A DNA stretch of 64,000 bases from Planctomycetota bacterium. GTDB taxonomy: Bacteria > Planctomycetota > UBA1135 > GCA-002686595. This document shows positions 38,275 through 46,943 of this stretch, piece after piece. Made by a program: the position numbers and the translations under genes. The notes beneath the pieces were generated by a model, which saw only the letters and a program-made list of their open reading frames with translations, had not been told where the DNA came from and searched no databases. Every line of letters starts with the position of its first letter. Position 1 is the first letter of the stretch. Location: the NCBI GenBank assembly GCA_044229935.1, contig JBGASC010000018.1:25496-89495 (forward strand). The letters run 5' to 3'.

Positions 38275-39029
38275 CGGGCGACGCCGTGCGCGTGCTGGTG
38301 ATCGAGGACGACCCGCAGGTGCGGCGCTTCCTGCGCACCAGCCTCGCCGCGCACGGCTTCGTCGTGCACGAGGCCGCCGACGGCGCGACCGGGCTGCGCG
38401 AGGCGGTGCAGCACGTGCCCGAGATCGTGCTGCTGGACCTGGGCCTGCCGGATCTGGACGGGCTGGAGATCGTGCGGCGGCTGCGCACCTGGAGCCGCGT
38501 GCCGATCCTGATCCTCTCGGCCCGCGGCGAGGAGCGCCGCAAGGTCGAGGCGCTCGACGAGGGCGCTGACGACTACCTGACCAAGCCCTTCGGCTTCGCC
38601 GAGCTGCTCGCGCGCATGCGTGCGGCGCTGCGGCGCGCCGCCCGGCCCGACCCGGCCGCCGAGAGCGAGCTCGCACGCGGGCCGCTGCGGATCGACTTCG
38701 CGCGCAGGCGGGTCGAGCTCTCCGGGCGCGAGGTGCACCTGACGCCGATCGAGTTCCGCCTGCTGGCGGTCCTGGCGCGCCACGCGGGCCGCGTCGTGAC
38801 GCACCGGCAGCTCCTGACCGAGGTCTGGGGGCCGCAGTGCGCGGCCGAGACGCAGTACCTGCGCGTCTACATGACCCACCTGCGGCGCAAGCTCGAAGCC
38901 GACTCGGCGCTGGGCCGGATCTTCCACAACGAGGCCGGCGTCGGCTACCGTCTCGAGCTCGCGGGACCGGCGGAGGACGAGCGTCCCTCCGCGCCGCAGC
39001 CCCCAACTCCCAGGCCACCGCCCCCATGA
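38271..39029 (+). CDS. kdpE: OmpR-family response regulator KdpE
   Basis: ATG 38271 overlaps the kdpD TGA (cATGAc). Motifs VLVIEDD, LLDLGLPDLDG, KPF and the winged-helix end GVGYRL are present. Confidence 0.9.
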   Translation: MTGDAVRVLVIEDDPQVRRFLRTSLAAHGFVVHEAADGATGLREAVQHVPEIVLLDLGLPDLDGLEIVRRLRTWSRVPILILSARGEERRKVEALDEGADDYLTKPFGFAELLARMRAALRRAARPDPAAESELARGPLRIDFARRRVELSGREVHLTPIEFRLLAVLARHAGRVVTHRQLLTEVWGPQCAAETQYLRVYMTHLRRKLEADSALGRIFHNEAGVGYRLELAGPAEDERPSAPQPPTPRPPPP

Positions 39030-39565
39030 CGAAGTTCTCCCCCGGCGCCGAGGCGCGCTACACCAAGCAGGACTACTCCCCGAAGAAGCGCATCGAGGGC
39101 GTCGAGATCGTCGAGCTCAAGCGCTTCAACGACGACGGCGGCTCGATGACCGAGCTCGGACGGCTGGAGCAGGGCGTGCACAAGCAGCTGCCGGGCTTCG
39201 TCGTGCGCCAGATCAACTTCTCCGTGCTCGAGCCGCTGGCGATCAAGGCCTTCCACATGCACCGGCGCCAGACCGACGTGTGGTTCGTGCCGCCGGGCGA
39301 CAAGATCCTGCTCGTGCTCGCCGACGTGCGCGCGGGCTCGCCGACCGAGGGCCAGGTGATGCGCTTCGTGCTCGGCGACGGCAACTCGCGCCTGGTGCGC
39401 ATCCCGCCCGGCGTGGCGCACGGCTGCCGCAACCTGCGCCCGGCGACGACGAGCACGATCATCTACTTCGTCGACGTGCAGTTCACGGTCGACGAGCAGT
39501 GCGACGAGGGCCGCCTGCCCTGGGACCACTTCGGCGCGCAGCTGTGGGAGGTCGAGCGCGGCTGA
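39026..39565 (+). CDS. dTDP-4-dehydrorhamnose 3,5-epimerase-like cupin
   Basis: ATG 39026 overlaps the kdpE TGA. The product is 179 aa, with FNDDGGSMTEL, AFHMHRRQTDVWFV, VLADVRAGSPT and IPPGVAHG following the RmlC-like layout. Confidence 0.72.
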   Translation: MTKFSPGAEARYTKQDYSPKKRIEGVEIVELKRFNDDGGSMTELGRLEQGVHKQLPGFVVRQINFSVLEPLAIKAFHMHRRQTDVWFVPPGDKILLVLADVRAGSPTEGQVMRFVLGDGNSRLVRIPPGVAHGCRNLRPATTSTIIYFVDVQFTVDEQCDEGRLPWDHFGAQLWEVERG

Positions 39566-39583
39566 GAGCGCGCAGCGGCGCGC

Positions 39584-41587
39584 TCAGAGGAACTCGAGCA
39601 CGCCCTGGCCCGTCCCGCTGAAGAGCGTCTCGCTGGTCGCGCGCCAGGCGAGGTGCTCGCGGATCGGCGCGGCCCACGGCCGCTCCTCGCTCTCGCACAG
39701 CATGCCCAGCGCGACCGCGAGGTAGGCGCGCGAGCGCCGCGTCAGGCGCTCGTCGCGCAGCCCGGCCGTGATGCGCGGCAGCGCACGCGCGTCGCCGACC
39801 TCGCCCAGTGCCAGCGCGAACCAGCCGCGGCGCGGCACGGCCAGCGCGCGGTCGAGCCCGGCGCACAGGTCGTCGAGCACGCTCTTGTCGTCGACGAGCG
39901 CCAGCGCCACGGCGCAGGATTCCAGCGTGAAGGGCTGCTCGGCCGACGCGCGCAGCACCGCGTGCACGAGCGGCGCGCGCTCGCTGCAGCCGGCCAGTCC
40001 CAGTCCCAGCGCGCAGTAGCCGCGCGCGGCGTCGTCGCTCGTGCGCAGGAGCTCGTCCGCGAGGAGGGTGCAAGCCTCGTCGCCGCGCACGAGACCGAGC
40101 GCGAGGGCCGTCGCGCCACGCACGTCGGGGCTGGCATCGCGCGTCCACAGTGCGCGCAGCGCTTGCCCGCTCGCGGCGCGGACCTGCCCGCCGGCGCGGG
40201 CGAAGCGCGCCTCGAGCACGCCCAGCGCGAGCGCCGACCACGCGCGCGTGCGCGCGGCGGGCGCGGAGCTCGCCTCGACGAGGGCCGCGCGCAGGCGATC
40301 CAGCGTCGGATCGGGCACGTGCGTCGCCGCCGAGCGCCCCGCGCTCGCGAGCAGCGCCAGACGCGCGGCATCGGCGTCGGAACCCGAGCCCTTCTGCAGC
40401 AGCCCGAACAGCTGCGCGATCGCGGCCGCGTCGGCGGGCCGGCCGAAGTCCACCAGCTCGCCCAGGCCCAGGATGCAGGCCTCGCGCACCAGCGCGTCGA
40501 CGCCCTCGGTGGCCAGCAGCGCCGCCGCGTCCTGTGCGGCGCGCTCGCGCAACTGGTCCTGCGCCGTCGCGGCCAGGCGGGCCCGCGAAGCCCAGGCATG
40601 CGCACGCACCAGGCGCGCGGCCTCCGGACGCTCGGCGCAGCGCTCGAGGAACGCGAGCAGCGTTTGGCGCGAGATCCACGGCGCGCTCGTCGCGCCCAGG
40701 GGATCCGGATCCAGTGCGCACAGGCCCAGGGAGAGCAGGCAGGCCACCTGCGTGTCGAGCGGGGGCGCCGGCTCCGCCTCCAGCGCGTCGGTCAGCGCGC
40801 GTGCCGCGACCTGCCGCTCGCGGTTGGTTCGCGCCGCGTGCGCCAGCAGGCCCAGGCCGTACGCGGCGAGCGAGCGCATGCGCCAGGGGACTGCGTCGAG
40901 CGCGACCAGCCGGCGTCCCTCCGCCCCGTCGCGCACGAGCGCGCCCAGGAGCTCGAACGCGCTCGCGTCGGCCTGGATCGCCAGCGCGATCACCGCAGTC
41001 TCGGCCAGCCCGCGCACGGGCGAGGCCAGCGCGGCGCGCAGGATGCGGCGCGCGCGCTCGCTCGGCGTGCGGTCGGCGCGCGCGCCCAGGCGCGCGAGGC
41101 CCATCAGCGCGCCCGCGGCGAGCTCGCTGCTCGCGCCCTCGGCGAGCTGGGCGAGCACCGGCTCGACCTCCTCCTCGATCTCGCCCGGCAGCGGGCGCGG
41201 CGCGCGCGCGAACTGCGCCGCGAGCAGCGGGTCCTGCGCGAACTGTGGCGGGACGATCACGCCGGCGTGCACGTGGCGGCGCGGGTCGAGGAACTCCTGC
41301 TGGTGGAAGTGCCACCACACGTCCCAGTCCAGCTCGAGCGCGCCGGGCGTCTGGGGTTTCGCCGGCATGGCGGCCGCACCGCTGATCGCGCTCGCCGAGC
41401 CCGTCGCGGACGGCCCCTTGGCGTTCGGCGCCGGCGGCGTCGCCGCGACCTCCGCCGGGCGCGGGGGCATCACCGTGTCGGGCGGGCCGTGCTGTGCGCC
41501 GTTGTCGTAGCGAGTGCCCTGCGCGTGCGCTCTCGCCGTCACGTCGACGGCCAGACACGCGAGGAGGATCGTCAGGGTGCGGCGCAT
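39584..41587 (-). CDS. exported HEAT/ARM-like repeat protein, paralog 1 of 4 (most divergent)
   Basis: ATG 41587 lies within the over-extended ORF 39584-42595. The product is 667 aa, with signal MRRTLTILLACLAV, W block LDWDVWWHFHQQEFL and tail WRATSETLFSGTGQGVLEFL. Confidence 0.75.
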   Translation of the reverse strand: MRRTLTILLACLAVDVTARAHAQGTRYDNGAQHGPPDTVMPPRPAEVAATPPAPNAKGPSATGSASAISGAAAMPAKPQTPGALELDWDVWWHFHQQEFLDPRRHVHAGVIVPPQFAQDPLLAAQFARAPRPLPGEIEEEVEPVLAQLAEGASSELAAGALMGLARLGARADRTPSERARRILRAALASPVRGLAETAVIALAIQADASAFELLGALVRDGAEGRRLVALDAVPWRMRSLAAYGLGLLAHAARTNRERQVAARALTDALEAEPAPPLDTQVACLLSLGLCALDPDPLGATSAPWISRQTLLAFLERCAERPEAARLVRAHAWASRARLAATAQDQLRERAAQDAAALLATEGVDALVREACILGLGELVDFGRPADAAAIAQLFGLLQKGSGSDADAARLALLASAGRSAATHVPDPTLDRLRAALVEASSAPAARTRAWSALALGVLEARFARAGGQVRAASGQALRALWTRDASPDVRGATALALGLVRGDEACTLLADELLRTSDDAARGYCALGLGLAGCSERAPLVHAVLRASAEQPFTLESCAVALALVDDKSVLDDLCAGLDRALAVPRRGWFALALGEVGDARALPRITAGLRDERLTRRSRAYLAVALGMLCESEERPWAAPIREHLAWRATSETLFSGTGQGVLEFL

Positions 41588-41671
41588 GCGGGGCGCGGTA
41601 GTCCGGCGCGTGGCGCGCGTCACGCCGCGCCGGGGATTGCGCGCCGCGGCGGCCCAGGCTGCAATGGCCGG

Positions 41672-42604
41672 ATGGAGAGCCTCGACGAGGTCCGCATCCG
41701 GCCCGAGCTCGAGTCGCTGCGCCCGCTGGCGCAGAGCGTGCTGACGCGCCTGCGCGCGCCGGCCGACGACGACCGCTGGCACAAGCTGGCCGTGCTGCTC
41801 GCCAGCGTGTGCGCCTTCGTCGCCTTCGAGTGGGTGCGCGCGAACTTCTGGAGCGTGCTGGGGGTGCTGGCCGTGCTGTTCCTGCACGAGGCCGGACACT
41901 ACGTCGCGATGCGCGTGCTGGGCTACCGCAACCGGCGCATCTTCTTCATCCCGTTCTACGGCGGCGAGTCGGCCTGCGAGGACCACCACGCGCCGTCCGA
42001 GCAGCGCGTGCTGGTCGCGCTGGCCGGGCCGCTGCCGGGGATCGTGCTCGGGCTCGCCGCGGCCGCCGTGTTCCACTCGACGGCCGTCAAGCAGGTGTCC
42101 GAGCTGGTCGTGCTGGTCAACGTGTTCAACCTGCTGCCCTTCCTGCCGCTGGACGGCGGGCACATCTGGCACCAGCTCCTGTTCTGCCGCAGCCGCTTTC
42201 TCGAGACGGGCTTCCTCCTCTTCGGGATGCTGTTCCTGTGGGCGCTCGCGCTCGGCCGCGGCGAGTGGCTGCTCGGCGTGCTCGGGATCCTGATGGGCTG
42301 GAAGGCCTGGTACGCCTGGCGCGTCGACGCGATCAGCGACGAGCTGCGCGCCTCGGGCCAGCGCGAGCGGCTGCGCCACATCGACGAGCTGCGCGAGGCC
42401 GAGCTCCTGCCGCTGATCGTGCGCATCCGCGAGCAGTTCCCTCACGCGCGCGACGCCAAGGCGGTCGAGGCGCGCCTGCGCGACGTGCTCGCCTCGAGCT
42501 TCGCCGACCCGCCCGCGGTGCGCGCGCTGTGGTGGCTGGCGGGTGCCTACTTCGTCTCGATCGCGCTGGCCGCGATCGCGCTGCAGCAGGCGCACCGGCC
42601 CTGA
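41672..42604 (+). CDS. M50 family (site-2-protease type) intramembrane metalloprotease
   Basis: ATG 41672 lies within the over-extended ORF 39653-42604. HEAGH sits in a TM segment, followed by NLLPFLPLDGG. No PDZ-like segment was noticed. Confidence 0.8.
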   Translation: MESLDEVRIRPELESLRPLAQSVLTRLRAPADDDRWHKLAVLLASVCAFVAFEWVRANFWSVLGVLAVLFLHEAGHYVAMRVLGYRNRRIFFIPFYGGESACEDHHAPSEQRVLVALAGPLPGIVLGLAAAAVFHSTAVKQVSELVVLVNVFNLLPFLPLDGGHIWHQLLFCRSRFLETGFLLFGMLFLWALALGRGEWLLGVLGILMGWKAWYAWRVDAISDELRASGQRERLRHIDELREAELLPLIVRIREQFPHARDAKAVEARLRDVLASSFADPPAVRALWWLAGAYFVSIALAAIALQQAHRP

Positions 42605-42629
42605 GCCTCGCGCGAGCCGCAGCGCTCCC

Positions 42630-44681
42630 TCAGAGGATCTCGAGCACGCCGACGCCGGTGCCCGAGAGCAGCGTCGAGCTCGTCGCGCGCCAGTTGACCA
42701 GCGAGGTCAGCACGTGCGTCCAGGGCAGGGCGTCCTTGTCGCAGACGATGCCCAGCGCCGAGGCGACGCTGCCGCGCGCGGGGTCGGTGATGTCGTGGTC
42801 GCGCAGCATCGCCGCCAGCACGGGCACCGTGCGCGAGTCGCCGACCTTGCCCAGCGCCTGCGAGGTCCAGCTCTGGCTCGCCTGTCCCTGTGCCGCGCGC
42901 AGGGCCTGCGCCAGCTCGGGCGCGAGGCTCTTGTCGCCGAGCAGGGCGAGGCCGATCGCGCTCTGCAGGAGCAGGAAGGGACGGAAGCGCGCGTCGGCGG
43001 CGGCGGCGCGCAGCGCGGGGGCGAGCTCGGCGTTGCCCGCGAGCCCGACGCTCAGCGCGAGGTAGCCGCGCAGCACCTCGTCCCCGCCCTTGGACAGACG
43101 CTCGGCGAGATCCTTGGCCGCCTCGCCGTCGGCGCACAGGCCGAGCGAGATGGCGGCGGCGCAGACCTCGTCGGGACCCGAGGCCTCGGCCAGCGCCTTG
43201 CGCAGCGCCTCCCGCACCGTCGGCACGGGAGCGGCGTTCGCTTGCTGCAGCCGGAACTCCTCGACGCCCAGGGCCAGCATGGCCCAGCTGCGCGTGCGCG
43301 ACTTGCCGTGGCCGAGTTCCTCGAGCAGCGCTTCGCGCACCTCGCCCAGCGCCGTGCCGGGCTCGACGCCCGCGCCGCGGCGGGTGCTGGTCTCCGAGAG
43401 CGACATCAGCGCGAAGGCGCGCTCGGTGATCGAGCTGGCGATCAGCGTGCGGCGCAGCTCGCCGCGGATGCGCTTGTCGACCGCGTCCTGGTCGTCGTCG
43501 CCCAGCCGCCCCAGCCCGATCAGGCAGCTCTCGCGCACCGGCGCCTCGGTGCCGTCGCGGTGCAGGGCCGCGCAGAGCGCGTCGACCACGGCCTCCTTCG
43601 CCTCGAGGCTGGCATCGCTCGCCAGCGCCGCGAGCGAGGTGGCCGCGTGCGCGCGCAGCACCGCGCGGGTTTCGCGCACCTCGAAGAGCTTGAGCAGGAA
43701 GCGCAGCTCGGTCTGGCGCGAGATCCAGGCCGCGCTGGAGCTCTCCTCGCGCTCGAGCTCGAGCGGTGTCAGGCCCAGCGCGATCACGCAGGCCACCTGC
43801 GTGTCGGCCGGCACGCCCTCGCTCAGCGAGAGCACGTCGGTCAGCGCGCGCGCGATCATCTGCCGCGCGCGGTTCGAGCGCAGGTGCTGCGCCAGGATGC
43901 CCAGGCCGTAGGCGGCGAAGGAGCGCGTGCGCATCGAGACCTCGCGCTGCCCCGTCGCGTTGCGGCCGCGCTCGTCGTCGCGCAGGATGCCCTCGAGCAG
44001 GGGGGCATTCTCCTCGGCACCGAGGATGCCCAGCGCGAGCGCGGCGGTCTCGACGATCTCCTGGTTGGGGTCGCGCAGCCGCGCGATCATCTGCGGCGCG
44101 AAGCGCTCGGCGGCCGCGACGCCGGCGAGCTCGCCCACGCGCGCCTCGGCCAGCAGCGCGCTGGTGATCAGCTCGTTGTTCGATTCGCGCGCGAGCACCT
44201 CGCGCAGCGCGGGCGCGGCCTCCTCCACGAGCTGCTTGGGCGTGGGGCGGAAGCTCGACACCAGCTGCGGGCCGAGGAGGTCCCCGCGCGAGAGGCTCTC
44301 GGGGGAGTGCGGCGCCTCGTACACGCGCTGCTTGAGGCGCAGGAACTCCTCCTTGTGGAAGTGCCACCAGATGTCCCAGGTCGGATCGAGGTAGCGATCC
44401 ACGCCGCTGCCCGTGCCCGTCTGCGGACCGCCGGCGTTGGGTCCACCCGAGCGCGGACCCGCACCGGTGGGCGCGCCCGCGCCGCCGGAGGTCGGCGTGC
44501 TCGGGGAGGGCACGGCCGGCGCCGGGCTCGGCGTCGAGGGCCCCGAGGGCCGGCCGGTCGTGTCGCCCGGTCCGCCGTAGGAGCCCGGACCGACGGGCTG
44601 GAGCGTCGGCGGGTGCGGAACCGGGTTGCCGTGCAGGGCGGGCGCCGCGGGTGCGAGCGTGAGTGCGAGAGCGAGAATCAT
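42630..44681 (-). CDS. exported HEAT/ARM-like repeat protein, paralog 2 of 4
   Basis: 683 aa with a P/G/S-rich linker, W block PTWDIWWHFHKEEFLRLK and tail NWRATSSTLLSGTGVGVLEIL. Confidence 0.8.
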   Translation of the reverse strand: MILALALTLAPAAPALHGNPVPHPPTLQPVGPGSYGGPGDTTGRPSGPSTPSPAPAVPSPSTPTSGGAGAPTGAGPRSGGPNAGGPQTGTGSGVDRYLDPTWDIWWHFHKEEFLRLKQRVYEAPHSPESLSRGDLLGPQLVSSFRPTPKQLVEEAAPALREVLARESNNELITSALLAEARVGELAGVAAAERFAPQMIARLRDPNQEIVETAALALGILGAEENAPLLEGILRDDERGRNATGQREVSMRTRSFAAYGLGILAQHLRSNRARQMIARALTDVLSLSEGVPADTQVACVIALGLTPLELEREESSSAAWISRQTELRFLLKLFEVRETRAVLRAHAATSLAALASDASLEAKEAVVDALCAALHRDGTEAPVRESCLIGLGRLGDDDQDAVDKRIRGELRRTLIASSITERAFALMSLSETSTRRGAGVEPGTALGEVREALLEELGHGKSRTRSWAMLALGVEEFRLQQANAAPVPTVREALRKALAEASGPDEVCAAAISLGLCADGEAAKDLAERLSKGGDEVLRGYLALSVGLAGNAELAPALRAAAADARFRPFLLLQSAIGLALLGDKSLAPELAQALRAAQGQASQSWTSQALGKVGDSRTVPVLAAMLRDHDITDPARGSVASALGIVCDKDALPWTHVLTSLVNWRATSSTLLSGTGVGVLEIL

Positions 44682-44751
44682 GAGGTCACCTTCCGCGAGC
44701 GCCGCTTCCTAGCCTGCCCTCGAGCACACGTCAGCCGGGCCAGTGTCGGGT

Positions 44752-46881
44752 TCACAAGATCTCCAGCACACCCGTTCCGTCGCCGCTGAGCAAGGTCGAA
44801 GTGACCGCGCGCCAGTTGAACGAGCTCCCGATGGGGTAGTTCCAGCTGACGTCGTCCTTGTCGCACACGATCCCCAGCGCCAGCTCGACGTAGCCGCGCG
44901 AGCGCGGGTTGCGGTGGACGTCGCGCGCCAGCCCCAGCAGGCCCGGGACGCTGCTCGCGTCGCCGACGAAGCCCAGCGCCTGCGCCAGCCAGCCCTGGCT
45001 CGCGGTGCCCTGGGCCGTCTCCAGCTCGGCCAGCAGCTCCTGCACGTGCGCCTTCTCGCCCAGCAGCGTCAGCGCGATCGCGGTCTGCTGCAGCAGGAAG
45101 GGCCGGAACGCCGAGCGGCCGACCAGGGCGCGCAGCGCGGGTGCGTGGCGCGTGTCGTGCAGCAGGCCCAGCGACAGCGCGACGTACGCGCGCGGCACCT
45201 CATCGGTGGCCTTCTCCAGGCGCGCGAGGAGCACCGCACCTGCCGCCTCGTCGCGGCACAGCCCGAGCGCGATCGCGCAGGCGGTCTGCTCCTCGGGGCC
45301 CGCGGCCTCCTCGAACACGCGCCGCAGCGCGGCACCGACGGCGGGCGGCGTGCTCGCTCCGCGCCGCTGCAGGCGGAACTCGAGCACGCCCAGCGCCAGC
45401 GCGGACCACGAACGCATCCGGCCGTTGCCCTGCGCGAGCTCCTCGAGCAGGCGCGTGCGCACGGCGGCGACGGTCGCCTGGCACGAGGCTTCGCGGCCGG
45501 GCCGCGCGGCGACCTCGGAGAGTGCCATCAGCGCGAAGCAGCGCTCCGCCGTCGAGCCGCCGGCGAGCGCGCGCAGCAGCTCGGTGCGCAGCTCGCGGTC
45601 CAGATCGTCCTCGTCGTCGTCGCCGAGCGTGCCCAGCGCGATCAGCGCGCACTCGCGTACCAGGCCCTCGCTGCGCCCGCGGCGCAGGGCGTCGAGCGCA
45701 CAGTCGGCGACCGCCTGGCGCAGCTCGGGACCCGCGCCGCGCTGCAGGAGTGCCAACGCGTCGAGCGCGTGCGCGCGCAGCAGCGTGCGCGCCTCGCGGT
45801 CGCGCGCGAGATCGAGCAGGAACGCGATCTGGGTCTGGCGCGAGATCCAGGGCGCGCTCTGGCTGGGGAGCGGCTCGGGATCGAGCGGCGTCAGGCCCAG
45901 CGCGATCACGCTGGCCGCCTGCGTGTCGGCGGCGACGCCCTCGCGCGCCGCGATCGCCGCGCAGAGGGTGCGCGCGACCAGCTGCCGCACGCGGTTGTTG
46001 TGCGTGCGCCGGCCGATCAGGCCCAGGCCGTAGGCGGCGAACGAGCGCACGCGCAGCGGGACGCTGCGCGCCCCGGCCGCGACGCGACCGTCGGGCTCGT
46101 CGAGCACCAGGCTGCCGAGCAGCGGCACGCTGGCTTCGTCGCCGAGCACGCCCAGGGCGAGGGCCGCGCGCTCGCCGATCTCCTGGTTGGGGTCGGCGAT
46201 CAGGCGCGCCAGGCGCGGGGCCGAGCGCGCGCCCGCTTCCGCGCCGGGAACCTCGCCGATGCGCGCGAGCGCCAGCTCCGCACCGGCGACGACATCGTTG
46301 CCGTGCTCGCTGGCGAGCAGCTGCTGCAGCGCGGGCACCACCTGCGTGTGGATCTCCTGCGCGCTCGGGCGCAGGCTGCGGTTGGCGAGCAGGCGCGCGA
46401 GATCGTCGTCGGGTTCCAGGCCGGCCGGGGTCTCCAGGCCTGCGCCGACGCTCTGCTTGAGCTCGAGGAACTCCTCGCGGTGCAGCAGCCACCACACGTC
46501 CCAGGTGGGCTCGAGCATCGCCGCCAGACCGCCGCCGGTGCTCGGTCCGCCCTGGCTCGCGCCGGGGACCTTCGGCAGCGTGCCTCCGGTCGCCGGACCG
46601 CTGCCGTTCGAGGCCGGTCCGCCGGTCGCCGGACCGTTGGCCGGGGCGGGCGTTCCCTCCGCGGGCGGCCCGCCGGACCTGCCGCCGCCGCGGGGTCCGG
46701 GCGGAACCGGCGAGGCGGGCGCCGGCGTGCTCGGGCCGCCGGAGGTCGGGTTGCCGGCGCCGGTGGAGCTTCCCGCTCCCGTGCTGCCCGAGCCGTGCAG
46801 CGGCGGCGTCCAGCCTCCGCCTCCGCCGTCGACCAGCAGCGGGAGGCACAGCACCAGGCTCAGCGAGTGGATGTTCAGCAT
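44752..46881 (-). CDS. exported HEAT/ARM-like repeat protein, paralog 3 of 4
   Basis: ATG 46881 is preceded by aaggagagagag. The product is 709 aa, with W block PTWDVWWLLHREEFLELK and tail NWRAVTSTLLSGDGTGVLEIL. Confidence 0.8.
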   Translation of the reverse strand: MLNIHSLSLVLCLPLLVDGGGGGWTPPLHGSGSTGAGSSTGAGNPTSGGPSTPAPASPVPPGPRGGGRSGGPPAEGTPAPANGPATGGPASNGSGPATGGTLPKVPGASQGGPSTGGGLAAMLEPTWDVWWLLHREEFLELKQSVGAGLETPAGLEPDDDLARLLANRSLRPSAQEIHTQVVPALQQLLASEHGNDVVAGAELALARIGEVPGAEAGARSAPRLARLIADPNQEIGERAALALGVLGDEASVPLLGSLVLDEPDGRVAAGARSVPLRVRSFAAYGLGLIGRRTHNNRVRQLVARTLCAAIAAREGVAADTQAASVIALGLTPLDPEPLPSQSAPWISRQTQIAFLLDLARDREARTLLRAHALDALALLQRGAGPELRQAVADCALDALRRGRSEGLVRECALIALGTLGDDDEDDLDRELRTELLRALAGGSTAERCFALMALSEVAARPGREASCQATVAAVRTRLLEELAQGNGRMRSWSALALGVLEFRLQRRGASTPPAVGAALRRVFEEAAGPEEQTACAIALGLCRDEAAGAVLLARLEKATDEVPRAYVALSLGLLHDTRHAPALRALVGRSAFRPFLLQQTAIALTLLGEKAHVQELLAELETAQGTASQGWLAQALGFVGDASSVPGLLGLARDVHRNPRSRGYVELALGIVCDKDDVSWNYPIGSSFNWRAVTSTLLSGDGTGVLEIL

Positions 46882-46943
46882 CTCTCTCTCCTTCTTGCGT
46901 TGCAGGCGGGGGCGAGCGCCGCGAGGTCGCGGCCTTCCCGCAT

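Noticed and set aside
35455-39027. A 1190-aa minus-strand ORF, and the N-terminal 1030 aa of plus-strand ORF 35178-39029, both overlapping kdpD.
   Set aside because: KdpD in the third frame has full-length motif support. The alternatives are Arg/Ala-rich with no motifs. Only the last 252 codons of ORF 35178-39029 (kdpE) are real.
39653-41671. Upstream two-thirds of plus-strand ORF 39653-42604. The long N-terminal extensions of ORFs 39584-42595, 44752-48306 and 16646-18481 are similar cases.
   Set aside because: These extensions overlap better-supported genes on the other strand, lack motifs, and have internal starts with signal peptides or SD-like sequences. They were trimmed to 41672, 41587, 46881 and 17053.
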